Of a stretch of 64,000 bases of DNA, positions 26,881-40,193 are shown one piece after another. Positions within the stretch are counted from its first letter, which is position 1; every line of letters starts with the position of its first letter. A program made the translations under genes and the position numbers. The notes beneath the pieces are model-generated. The model had not been told where the DNA came from. It ran no database searches and saw only the letters and a list, made by a program, of their open reading frames with translations. Source of the DNA: Nymphaea colorata (lineage: Eukaryota); contig NC_045138.2 in the NCBI RefSeq assembly GCF_008831285.2, forward strand, positions 25,916,001 through 25,980,000, in the 5' to 3' direction.

Positions 26881-27887
26881 ATTAGTGCTTAAATTTTTTA
26901 TGAATATCTTCATAACATCAATAATGATTTTCCTATGAAAAGTATAGTATGATTTTTAGATTGAGTGGTATATTATAAAAGGGAGAACGGTTTACATGAC
27001 ATGCATAATGCCATGGTGCTCATGAATCGGTGATTAACTTGAACATTTTGATGGCTTCACTCATTTTATGCACTACTTTCCTTGTTGGGATTAGAAGTTA
27101 TGCTTTATATTGAAATGGAAAAGTTGGATGCACATGAAAGGATAACAATGGATATGAATTTGTCAAGGTTGGAGTATCCATTATATATATATATATATTT
27201 TTATTAGAGAGAGAGAGAGAGAGAGAGAGAGAAACGTATACTACCAATCTCTCATATACACCAGACTTGATGGGAATCATCTAGGTCATCAATTTTAAGG
27301 AGATTAGATGGTAAAGATTAAGTTGTAAATACAGAAGTTAAATTGTTTTTTAAGAGTCTAAAATACACTGTAGTGGGTGTGTGAGGGAGAGAGAAAAAAT
27401 AAGAAAACAAATAAGTTTCCTTAAATGAACTCGTTTGTATCCTTTCAGGGGCATTTCAAACTCTTGAAGCAACAAGCTACCTTTTATATTTTCTACGAAA
27501 TCTCTATCAAATGATCTCCTTGGAATCAATGTTCTAGACAATTCCGATCAAAGTTTAGTGGCTACCTATGATCTCTAACATTTGATCTCCTTGAAATCAA
27601 TAGGTGAGAGAACGAGAGAGAATGTGCGAGAAAATAGTCCCCAAATAAGGCTGTTATATATGTACATATATTATCTTGAAATCAGCCTGCTGCCGGGTAT
27701 TACTAGATGGCTAAATGTTTAAATTTTGTCACTAAAGTAAAAAAACACACTATAAACCATCACTAAAAACACTGTAAGCTATGGCTACACCATAAGCCAT
27801 TTGCAAGGTGCTTTTAGCAACGGTTTTAAAAGATTTTGTCATCCGACAACATTTGGTAGCTGACTGATTTCAATTTTTTTTCTCTCT

Positions 27888-27927
<40 letters not shown>

Positions 27928-29608
27928 CACCATATGTTGTAGATGAGCCCTTGTTGGAGCTTCGAAGAATCTTCATGATTGTTATTTTATCAGTTGCAGG
28001 TTACAACCCTTCACAAGTTATGCTTCATGTTTATACATGAAGATATATTTTTTTAATTGGTTGACAATGGCTCCAGCCATGGCTATAAACCAGATCTTTA
28101 CTACTTGATGTTTGTTTGGCCTTCACTGTGGTGAGGATCAATAGGCATACTATCTCTTAGGACCTTTATCATTATAATCATGATTGGTTGGTCTAGCTGG
28201 CTATCGACCAACTAGTATTTGGATGAGAATCAGATTTATACAAAAGGTTTTGACTTTTGAGACTAGCTGCTGACTTATCTTCTCACTATTGAGTTTGTGA
28301 TTAATTTTTTTCTTTTCCAATTATTGTGTTGTTAGCATGGTATAGGGTGCAAAATAACTATTCTGCCATTGCTTTCTTTCACTTTTCTTCCTCTACCCTC
28401 ATGGGGAGCTAACCAGATCTTCCTTGACCTTATTCTGATGGCCTTGGTGACACTGCCTTCATTTTGTACCACCACTTGCTTCGATAAGGCACTAATGACC
28501 TCATGGCAGACTTGGCTCGTTCGGTGCCTGCTAGTCTGTCTGCCCTTCAAGGTGACCTCCCTATCAAACATATTCAAGACTTCGCTTTCCTCTTAATTGA
28601 GCGATTGTAGGTGTCCTCATCCCTTTTCACAAGATTTAGCTTGAAGGCAGTTTAGGGATCAAGCACCCAACTAGGAATTGAGCTTGTTATATGACTTAAG
28701 GCATAATCCTTGAGGGATTGAAGCGTAAGCTTCAGGATCCATATAGTAAACTATATAATATTGAATAAAATAATGAAAATTGACAAATATAAGTTGTTAA
28801 CGCTAGTAGTGAAATGGATAAGCTCATCCGAGCGGTATCATGGATATTTCCTATTTGTTATAATATTTTTTAACTTTTGCTGCAACTGATGTGCCATTAA
28901 TATCATAGATCTTCCCTATATGTTGGACCATAACCCCACAAACAGAACCTTATAATAAACACAGACATGCCATTTTGGAATGTCATCATAACTTGATGTA
29001 GAACTAAACTTTGAAATTGTCACTAACAAATTGAAACAAATGCATGTGCCTCTCAGCACAGTTGAATGGGCACATGTGGTAGTTGCCACCAAACTGTTGG
29101 ACGTCATTCCTATTGAAATTTGAAAGCCACCATAGGGCAACAGCAACCTAATAAACCTACATATGTATACACTATACAGTATACACAATCAGCTGAGAAA
29201 ATTCTATATCTTAATTTCATAAAACTGGAATTCTAATATCAACTTAAAAAAATCAAAGATAATTTTAAGATTTGCGTTACTTTCTCAACCCATTTGCTAT
29301 GAAAACAATGTGTCCAACAATATGCAAAGAGGTACTCGAATTCATTCCACTAGATGCAAGGAACAAAGATCCAAAGCATATTATCATTTTCTTTTTATGA
29401 ATAACTGAGTCCTCTACAGATTTGGCATTTACATGCTTCAGCTCTAAAGAGACAATGCATGATCTCAATCTACAAATTCATTCCATATCAACATGGGCAC
29501 TGAAAACAGGACCAAGACAAGCACAAGTCAAGTTAGACATGGAAGTAGATTATATTCACGGCTTCCCATAACTGAGCTTTTGAGAGAATGCTAAGGAAGT
29601 ACAGTTCA

Positions 29609-29716
29609 TCAGGAACGAGAATATAAACCAAAAAAAAAACGTGTAAAAGATGCTATCCACTGTGTGAGAGAGGGAGAGCAAAGGTGAGTAGCAATCCACC
29701 ATCTCTTTTCTACCAT
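29609..29716 (-). other. Small ORF (35 aa) resembling the conserved-peptide uORF of peroxisomal polyamine oxidase genes; no main ORF found
   Basis: MVEKRWWIATHLCSPSLTQWIASFTRFFFGLYSRS, preceded by a pyrimidine-rich, 5'-leader-like segment (29720-29990). The M-EKRW-x5-L-x2-P-x-L-x4-AS pattern matches my recollection of amine-oxidase CPuORF N-termini. Confidence 0.45.
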
Positions 29717-32278
29717 TGCTTGAGAATAGTTGGTGAATGGTGGATAGTGTTGACTTGATTCAGAAAAGACACAAACACACCCCACACACACACGTATATA
29801 TATATATATATATATATATATAGCGAGCGAGAGAGAGAGAGAATCTTCAATGGCAGCCATAAATTGGGGCAACTTTTGGGGAGGGTTTGGTGTTTGGGAG
29901 GGGGGGGGGTGGAAGGGAGGGGAGAGGAAATAGGAAAAGGGGAGTTTGGGGTTTGCGGAAAGAGGAAATGGGCAAGAGGGTCAAACAACAAAAGGATTTA
30001 ATGTTTTTTAGTTGAAAAATACACTATGGATGAGGCATAAGCCTCACGAATGAAGCATGCATTGTAGTGAGACATGCACTGACCCACACACAATGACTTT
30101 GAGGTTTTTTTGGCTAAAAAGCCTTGAGGTGGATGCTTCATGCCTCGAGGCACATTCTTATAATAACATTTTGCTCAAGCCAATGCACGTGCCTTTCAGA
30201 ACCTCTATTCATTCAGGTGGTTCCTTTTGGAGGATAACATCCTTCACCTGGCATTGTGGTTATACATGGCTTAGTTCTTTTAGGCCTTGAGTTAATAATG
30301 CTGAATTATCTCTCTTTCCTCTTATTGTCATCATGTTGCCAGTGATTCTGCTGCCAACAGGTGGCTCCTCCTCATCTTCTCATCTTCTTCTTTTTTTGTC
30401 GTTGTCCTTGTACTTCTCCTTTCTGTTTCTTCTGCCCATTGGGCTGTTGCTACTGTGCAATTTCAGCTACCTCCTTTCCTTCATCATCATCTTCTTCTGT
30501 TTTGGTTGCTCATGTCATCTTTTGTTTGTATCATTGTATGCTATTTTCATGGATATTTTTTAGTTGCCTGCACAGACACATGAATAAACATATTTCAATC
30601 CAGGATTGCGTATTATCTCTCCCCTATTCAGCTTTTTTCATTGTTTATTGCAGATACTTTTTCCGTTCAACGTTTTCTGTTTAGTGTTTATTTTGGCTAT
30701 TTATGATTCCTTAGCCTTTATATGTCTATGCATGTTGTCAATTTGATTCAACAAAATGTTTTGATTCATAATCTTCTGGCTGTCCTTTTCATTATTTGTA
30801 CTTTCATTTATTTTAATTTTTTCTGTTATTATATAGATCTATTTTATTGTATAGTGTACCTAGGTTGTGCTTTACTTTGGATGAGCGGGAGATTGCACCA
30901 CCCCTTGGGTGAAAGCCAATGCTCCGCCTTTCATCTTGGTACCTCGCTTCATCTCCATAAAGCATAGAAGAGTAGTGCCCTTGGGAATCAAACTGGTCAT
31001 GTGCGCTAATATGTCACCAGCGATCAGCTAAGTTATGACCCTTGAGGCAAACATTGTGCTTTACTTGATCCATAATGATATTGTATGTTGTTTGTTGGTT
31101 TTGGCAAATTAGTTTGTTTCTACCTTATTTAATTGATTTTTTTTTTTGAAAACTGACATGGATCAATTTCAACGGGCTAATTGTTTTAGGGATCTTCTCA
31201 ATTTGGTGATTAGAAAGGCAGTTGAGGTTCTCAACTAAGGGTGTGAGACCTGAGTTAGGCAGTTGAACTTGGACCTTGAATGCTTGAACTAAGTTCAGGT
31301 CAATCTTCAGAATGACAGTAAAAAATCGTTCTCAGTAAAGGGCAGCAGCTTGGGTATGACTAGACTTTCTAAGTCCTAGGTAGGCTTACTTGAATCTTTC
31401 CTGTATCTAAATTCATGTGAGTTCCTTACTCCAGTAGGCTAAGGTAACTCAAGAGCAGAAAACTCTGAACTCTATTAGACTGGAAGGAATAGGACGACAT
31501 AAGATTAGGTTCACTATGCTAAGATTAATTTAGTTAACTGGGATGGGACTGGTCCAGTTGGGATTGGACTAGGTTGGGTTGGGATAAAAACCAGAGAGTG
31601 AAGTAGGTCAATGATATCCACTTGCAAACAAACATATACACACACATACTTGTGCGTGTGTTTGCTGGAAATGCTCTGCACCTGTTACACTTTCACCTGT
31701 TCTGGCACTCACACCCACATGCCATATGATGGAAAATACTACTAAAATACAACCATAAGTATACGATTGGGTAAATTTCTATCATGGTTGGGTGCAAGGT
31801 TGGGATGTTGTATAGGTAAGATTGAGTCCATGGGGAAGCGGGTCATTTTGAAGCTTCAATTGCAACTTGCTTTGTCCCGAACCTGGCAGGAGATTTGAGA
31901 GTTAATGGGGAATTTCAGCTTGGGTCGCACCAAGACATTGCTCCTGGCTCATATTTGTGGTGTTAGTTGTAGCATGCACACAGGGTCCACTTCAAGGAAG
32001 TGATCTCTTATGAGTAATATTTGAGAACCCAATGACTCGATCAACTTGTTAAGTTTGATTTGTGGCCAGAGCAGGTCAACCTGGTTGCTTGAGTTGGTTT
32101 CATTAGTTTTTAGCTTTTATAGGAATATTGCACCAATTGCATATGAATAGTGAACATGCAATAGAATGAAATAATTGCTTGTAAAATCAGAAAATAAGAT
32201 GGAAATTGTGTTGTAATGTAACTGAGATATATTTTCCCATTTATCATATGAAAATAAAAATATTAAACTGGTTTCTAG

Positions 32279-32315
<37 letters not shown>

Positions 32316-32517
32316 AACAATGCCCAAAATGAAAAAATAATGACAATGGGCATTTTGAAATATCAATAATAACACTAGAATTGAAAATCACATGGTAAAA
32401 CTTCATCTTGTGTCCCTGTTGATAAAATGAAAGCACTTAACTGGCTGATTCATTGAAAAATTAAGTCACATTTTAGCAATCTTGGTGGTCAGTACCTAAC
32501 TACCTATCCTTCACCAG

Positions 32518-33935
32518 ATTTTGGAGTTCCTTTGCCTTGGAGTCAGCATTGCTGTGGTAAGAAGCAGCAATATGTTCAACTTGTTTATGCAGCTGCTGTC
32601 CAAAACAAGGCCCAGATAAGTTCAGATAGGAGCCTTATTTTCACCAAATTTTTAGCATAAGGCTTAGTTTTCGACAGTCCATATTCTGTGCAAATCCACT
32701 TAGTGCTATCAAGCTTCACGCTGAGAATCAAAAGCTCATTTGGATTGAAATTGATGAACCAATTCCATCTGAATTTGATGAAACTCTATTTGCTAGGCTG
32801 AGATAACTTTGATAAAGATGACTTAACATTTATTTTAGATCAGATACGGTCTGCAAACTGAGATTTATTTTTCCGTTTTTTTTTTGCAGGATTTTTCTTC
32901 ATATAATTCGATCCAGTTCAGACATGGGCTATATGATTTCCTGATAAGTGGAGGCATACTGGCAAACACCAACATAATTCGGATGTGTTCTGGTTCTATT
33001 TCTCCAAAATCCGTGCTACTCATTGTCTCTTGATTTCTTGGAAACTCTGAAAGGCATTAAAATTTAATGCCAACTCAGGACGAACAAATTTGATCTAATT
33101 GAAGCAGAGAACTGGAATCTCCATTTCTATTTCAGTATTTTGCAACCTAATGATGTTGAGTTTTGAGTGGCTTGCAGCAAATGCAACCAGAAGCCGGTCT
33201 CCTCCCAGCTTTGGAGGTTGACCAAGCTGCATGAACTTTTCGTGGCAGGCTTTTCATGACACAAATATTCATTTTTTAGAGGTTGTATTATGAGATAGAA
33301 ACAGCATAAGACGGTTGAGCAACATGAATTCCTGCTTCATCACTAGGATTGCCTGCATGCATCTAAAGCAGCATTGTGGTTGAGGTGCAAGGATGAAACT
33401 TTAAAAGTCAGATGTGCTTCTGTAGTCTTTATGCAGTCGAGACATGGAATGCAAGCGGCATACCGTGAGCTTATGGCAGAGAACAAGCTGTAGCGATCAG
33501 CAAATTGAAGCAATAGCGACAGCCCACAGTAGTGGTACATTTTTTTTTATTTTCTTCTCGATATGGTTGTTTTCTTGTTTCGTCCTAATCTCGATGTTGT
33601 GTGCATTTTAACAGGTAGAGGATTTGGACTCGCAGCATGATTCAAATGGCCATAAAAAAGTGCAATTCTTCTGAAGTGCTGCACGAAGAACATGGCGACC
33701 ATCTTAATTTGAAGGTGGCATGATCAGCACCGAAACTGTCTCACTGGAACGGTCCTACGGCAGAAACATCTGATCCAGAATGGCTGGGGACAAGAAGCGA
33801 AAGGATTCGTCTCCGATCAGTTCTCTTGGTTGAGGGTTGGCAGGAACAACGCTGAAGCAACCAAGTCGAACAGGGTTGGAGGCGGCCACTGCTTAAGCTT
33901 ACAAGCGACTCACGTGATTGTCGTTCCATGACATA
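32518..33935 (+). pseudogene. Possible degenerate multi-exon gene relic, family unassigned
   Basis: Several polypyrimidine-AG acceptors (~32518, ~32890, ~33615) are followed by protein-like but stop-interrupted frames, e.g. QSIFCANPLSAIKLHAENQKLIWIEIDEPIPSEFDETLFARLR and HLIQNGWGQEAKGFVSDQFSWL. Confidence 0.3.
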
Positions 33936-35986
33936 GTGGGCGTCCTCCGTCTGTGTCTGACTCTCTCTCTCTCTCTCTCTCATGTGGCGGTGGGCTTCTC
34001 TATTTTCTCTTCTACCGTATTCTGATCCGAAATCCTGGTTTCAGTCTTTTGTTAAAATTGATTTGGGTCGGCTGTATCTCGTTGGAGTCCATGAAACGCC
34101 GATGTATTATATGCATTGTCTCAGGCACGATCATTTAATTTTTTTGACTATTTAATATATGTTTTTCTGCAAGTAATTGTGTTGTATTCTTGTTCGATTT
34201 GTTGAACCTCACAAGCCTTTCTGTATGTTTTATTTTCTCTGTGTTCGACAAATATTCAAATGTTTGGTGAAGTTTTTCTTGTTTATTTATTTCTTGACTA
34301 TCTAAAATTTCTGTTATGTAAATGATTATGGTTTATGATTTTTTCAATTGAGAACCTTATAATAAATCATTTTATATATTTTATTTTCACAATATTTTTT
34401 CTTGTTTTTCCTTACATTTTCAATAAAAAGTGATCCTAAGGTCGCTTGATTCATCTGATTTCTGCTTTTTGAAGAAATGTTTAATTTGAGAAAGTGATCT
34501 TAACAATTGGTATGATCCTGTGGGGAAAATAAATCATTAAAATGCATGGCTTCTATTTCTTTCACACCAAATGATGGGTGGTGCAACCGGTTGGGTCTGG
34601 TTATGTGGTGTGTGAAGAATCATATCTTCAGCAGGAGTGTTTGAAGATGTTATCTGGATGGCATTAAAGAATGTTGAACTTGAGCTTGCGGGTGCTGCTG
34701 TAGAAGTTAAATGGATCAGTTTTTTTTTATCCCGCTTCCTCTCTTTCTAACACATGCTTGTGCATGAACATGACTGAATGGAAATTCTAGGGTTCCCTGT
34801 GTTATGCTGAAAATGGAGAGAGAGAGAAGAAAAAAAAAGTCATAACGGGTTAAAAGAATAGTCAAAAGGAAAAACAAAACAACTGTAAAGCACCTTGTCC
34901 ATTTTGGCTGGTTACAAACGTGAAAATATATTGATAAATTAAAAATATCGTTCTCTTGGTGCGACCATGGAAGCTGTAGCCTACTCTAGACGCATGATGA
35001 ACTAAAGTGCCTAATTAAGCGTTTGTCATGTACATACTTAACTAAGTCGCAAATTGGTCAGATCTAGAATGAGGGTTTTGTCGCCATTATGCAGAAACCC
35101 ATTTAGTGCTACCTTCCAACTAGCACTGCAATTTGCAGATGGGCTGGATTTGGTTTGAAGGTTTTGTCATTTTCTATCATATCAAATTTGATTTCAACAT
35201 ATCTCTATGTCTCGGACCCAATCTGCTTGCAATGCACAGGCTGCGGCTCTTCGTCGAGTGTAGTTTTCAGTACAGCTAGTTTTTTCTGAGTAGGAGAAGT
35301 ATTTCATCCTACGACCCAACAGAAATACTGAAGTCAGATGACGCACCAACTATAATTCAACTTGCATGTTGGTGTCTTTCTAGCTGTACAAGAAGTTGAC
35401 GGTCTGAAAATTCAAAACAAAAACTGGCCGCCTACCAAGATTCTGTCTCGTTGGTTGCACCAACCCTCTCAAGAATCCGCACACACACTTATTAATGGTT
35501 TGGAAAGATATGGAAGAACTTCAGTTTCTAAATAATGAAGGGCATTGTCATTTAAATGTACGTATACATGAAGCTGCCGTCCAAACAAAATATTTCACGA
35601 AATGCCGTCAACTTTTAGTCAAACAACAAAAAACATGCTCGTGTTTGAAAGTTTTTCATTTACTCACTTGAGCTAAAGCAACACAATCCTGGGTTAAACG
35701 AACAATGCAAGTATGCAACATACTCAAGATGCATTTTGTTATTTCATTGAAACTAAAGCTACTTTTTGGCAAGAAACATTCTATTCAGAAGTGCCAAAAA
35801 TGATGAAACTCCCATGGCAGATCTGGCCCATCTGCATCCCAAGTTTCGGTTTATGAAATTAATGCAGTGTAACAACGGCAAGCTCTAGAGCCAATCTACA
35901 TTGGGGTCCATGTACAATTGGGCACTTCCCTTTCTAACTCATTCATATTTAATTGGCAGGCATTTTTTTTAACTCGTATTGTATAT

Positions 35987-36024
<38 letters not shown>

Positions 36025-36333
36025 GAAAGGCTGAGCTGCATAAAAAAACAAAATTGTAAAGCTTGTCAGCATTTTGAACACCAGTATCTATCAAATTCAT
36101 GGCATCCTAATATTAATATACATGATAGGCTGTTGCATGACAGACAAAGCAATAGCCAAATCAGAGTAGCTGGGACAGCAGGGTGGAAGGTGTAGATCTT
36201 TGTCCACCTCTAATGGGGACATCCTTGTTGGCCCTTCAATGTGGGTGTAAATAGGGCTATGAGATTAGAGATGATCATGTGATCGGCGCACTCTACTCGT
36301 GTTCATTGTTATCAATATCAGTGTGCACCGGTA

Positions 36334-36478
36334 CGTATCGGCCGATATGTATCGTATTGGCCTCTCTCCAAAACTATGCCAGGCGTTCCGAATACGTATC
36401 AGCCGATATGTATCGGTGTCGGCCTCTCTCCAAAACGACGCCAGGTGTTCCGAGTATCGGACGATACGGAGTCACTGT
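36334..36478. repeat. Diverged ~60-bp tandem repeat rich in gtatcggccgata motifs (likely transposon subterminal remnant)
   Basis: gtatcggccgatatgtatcg..ggcctctctccaaaac..gccagg occurs twice. Confidence 0.7.
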
Positions 36479-37415
36479 GACAAGATAATAGAAGCCTTCG
36501 ACGTTCGATTACGATTGCCGATTCGGTAGGTTTCTGATGCGAGACGGAAGATGGGAATCAGTGTTACGACTCTGGTTTGGTTAAACAGAGATTAGCTGCT
36601 TCGTTTCGCCAGTAATAATCTAGATCAGGTGACTCTGAAAATTGCAGCTAATGAGGATCTTCGATGACTGCAACTGCCAAATCCCAATTGAAAAATGATG
36701 GTTTTCTTCATTGTTTATTTTCTATTATAACTTGCTGCATGGCTTGTTGGTGGTGGTTGGAAAGAGAATTAAAGCAGATGGAAACAAGGATAAGATACTT
36801 GAGAATAACGGGGTAATTACCAAATCTCATATTATGCATGATTTTGGCTCCACTTCATCCCTGTTTTATCGTTTTGCTTATGATATCAATGCAAATAATT
36901 GGGTCATGGCTTTGAGATTCTGCTTTCATTGGCTCTACCGAGTTCGACCAGATCTGATCTCCATTCTGTTCAGATCTTGGAAATCTGTGGGGGCCTTGTA
37001 TGATTTAGAAATGATAATAAAATAAATATGTTAAAAAAGTACGCTCTTAGACATTATCAACACAAATTTGTTTTTGTAAAACACAAACGAAGATGCCATG
37101 TTTGTCAATATTGTTATTAAAGGTGAACCTTTTTACGGAGAAAGATAGACAAAAATTAAAATGTACCAACCAGGTGGTCAAATCTTTGGGAATCAAATGG
37201 TTTTTACCTTTTAAATTTTAAAAAACAATTCAAAGCAAATATGAAAGTGATAATTCTAGGTTTAACCCATGGAAAAGGGGTTATCTGAGCTACCCAAAAC
37301 AGGTTTTGGCTTCCAGTTAAGCGGCATGATGAAATACTCTTCTTACTTCATTGCTACACATGGCTAGTCTTTTCAACTTTTTTTTTTCCTTTATTTTATA
37401 TTTAAAAAGCTAGTA

Positions 37416-37467
<52 letters not shown>

Positions 37468-40098
37468 ATAACTTTTTTTAGATCAACGACCAGATATTAT
37501 AGGTGTATTGGTAAAAGGATAATTTTTTTTTAGATCAACGACCAGATATTATAGGTGTTAAGGTAAGATGGAGATGGATCGTAGCACATGGTGGAACCCA
37601 AGGACAAAAAGCATATATGAGTGAGTAGTAGCTGGATGAGCGGTCAATGCCGAAGAGAAGAGAGACAAAAAGAGTTGTTTTTTAGTGTCGTATGTCCAAG
37701 CGAAAACTTCTTATACATCGGATCACCCTGCTTTTAGATTCAGCCTCAGATCAAATAAAAATTTATTCAAAATTATTTTTTTAATATTGAAAATAAGAAA
37801 AATAAATTTCTGTTCAACTGAAATAAAAAAAACTTTACAAATATTTTAAAACCATAATTAGGAATAAAAAGTTGAGTAAAAAGAACTTGAAAAGTATATG
37901 CTCTGCCATGAAAAGGGCGAACCTTTGAAGGAAGGGAGACACGCGCCTTTGTTTATTTTCCACGATGCACCGACCCCTCTGCCATTGGCACGTGCGCACG
38001 TGACTTGCCTTCTCCTTCCCCCAGCCTTTTCCGCCCTCGTTCCCATACCGCCCCTGCAGTCCGGACAAAATTACCAACCCTGCCACTCCCCGCAAAGTGC
38101 ATTTTCTCAAATGTTCGTTGATTATTTCTAATTTTTTATGATCTTGCATGCATAGGACCACAACGAGCGACATTGATGCCACGGCTTCTGTCTCCATCAC
38201 CGATCTTCTTGGCTCGTTATAAACCCGTTCATTGATTCTTTTCCATTTTGCAGCCTCGAATTTACTCCTTGCTCTTATCAACTTTGAATGTCTAATTATT
38301 GATGCATGTCACAAACATTTGATGTGTTGTTTTTTTTTTTTTTTCGCGAAAATGATGCTCGAAAAGTTATGTCGGATTCAATAAGATCGCGCATTAAACA
38401 TAATTTCATGCATTTATTTAGATACAAATAGGACAGTAGTGCTCTTTTGAGACAGTGGCGGAGCCAAAAATTTGACCGGATATCTGCAGTTCAACTAAGT
38501 ATAGAACTTCTTTACGTCTGGTGCGTTTGAAGTTGTTGGGTATAAGGTGGGCAATTTCTCGGGTTTAAGGGCCACTAAAACTTTTCATTTGCCGACTCAA
38601 AATCAGATCCATTAAGCCAGATCCAATAAAGAAAAATGGATTAAGGACGTGTTTGTTTGTGTGGACAAAGTGTTCGCAACATGAATTTGAGAACAGATTA
38701 TTTCACTTTTTGTTCATCCTCCCTACCTCAAAATCGGCGCCTTCTATATCGAACGTTTTCCTCAGATTACTAAGAATAGATCTGGGAAACTTTTCTTCCT
38801 TTTTCTCTCACAAGCAAACACTGCATGGAAGCATTTAGAACTTAACAAGTTCTTGCATGGCTGAAAAGGCCAAGAAACTTGAGAAGTTCTTCATGTGGCA
38901 AAGTCAAGTATATATATGAAGCAAGTGGTGTCCAATTTCCCGACATTTTAGCAAAACTGAAGCTAAGTTTGGCAAAGATAGATCTGGTTTTGCTAATCTG
39001 ATGCTTTGTTCATAGAGCTATGGGGATCACTTGACAGAAGACACAGAACAAATCACTCTCTAAAGTAATTCAGAATCTCCACCATCCATTTTCATCACAT
39101 ATGATGATTAATATAAGTACCAATAATGTACTTTTGATGGGTGCCTTCAATCTGCATAGAAAATAGTTGAATGAAGCCAAACGGTACGTCTGTTTGTATC
39201 TGCTTTCTTTATAATCGGGGATCGACCAATGATAGTTTTTTGAACTGGAAGCAAATTATTATCAAAATGATATAAGCATATCACCAATATAAGATAGAGT
39301 CAAAGAAGGTGAAACTCTCATGATGAATCTCTCGTGATTAAGGGGAAAAAGAGAAGAAGTGACAAATTAGAGTGTTGTGTTTGACTATCATCACGGCCAA
39401 AACAATTTGGAAGAAAAGATTTAAAGCCTAGATTCTTGTTCTTAGAAGAGCTGAAAGCCGGATGTTGCGGCTATATTTTGGCCGGAATTCCATTGTTTCA
39501 AGTTTCCGATTCTCCGTCTCCGTCCTTCTATCGTATTTGTGTTTCTTTATCTATACTTTTCTGTGGAGAAGCCAGATTGTATATAATCAGCACTATATTT
39601 TCTAATTTCTCAATTAAAAAAAAGTATATATATATATTATAATTGAAATAAAAATAAGAACGATAAAAGTAAAGCAAGAGTAAGATAAGGGCGAAAGAGC
39701 TGTAACCATAATGGGCTTTTAATTAAAAAAGTGAGAAAAGGACAGAGTTTCCCATTATCTCAACACACACACATATATATAAATTGGTAGAAAATCAGAC
39801 CAATAAGTCAGGGACAAAAACAAAACTCATTAAATATGATATTTAAAAAGTTTTTTTTTGTAATCTAAAGGATAAGTTAATGCAAAATATCTATTAAGTT
39901 GATCTTAAGGATAAGTTCATGCAAAATATATATTAAGTTGATCATTTTTTGGGTATTAATAGTACTTTATAATAAAAAAATGAGCGGCTCTCATACCATT
40001 TACATTTTGATAATAGAAGAATCAACCTTTTTCATAAAAACAACCTGATTCATGTTTTATATCAAAATAGGTTTTATAAGTATACTAGGATGTTTACA

Positions 40099-40102
<4 letters not shown>

Positions 40103-40191
<89 letters not shown>
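40103..40191. repeat. Compound (TC)n(TA)n microsatellite
   Basis: Direct reading. Confidence 0.95.

Positions 40192-40193
<2 letters not shown>

Noticed and set aside
26252..26913. Long R/G/E-rich and L/S/P-rich ORFs
   Set aside because: Artefacts of GA-rich low-complexity LTR sequence.
28990..29150. VAVALWWLS.. on the minus strand resembles a Harbinger transposase helix
   Set aside because: Single weak motif with no supporting DDE segments.
39030..39060. ttgacagaag.. resembles the start of miR156/157
   Set aside because: Only ~10 nt match, and no complementary star arm (tgctc.ct.tcttctgtca) nearby.
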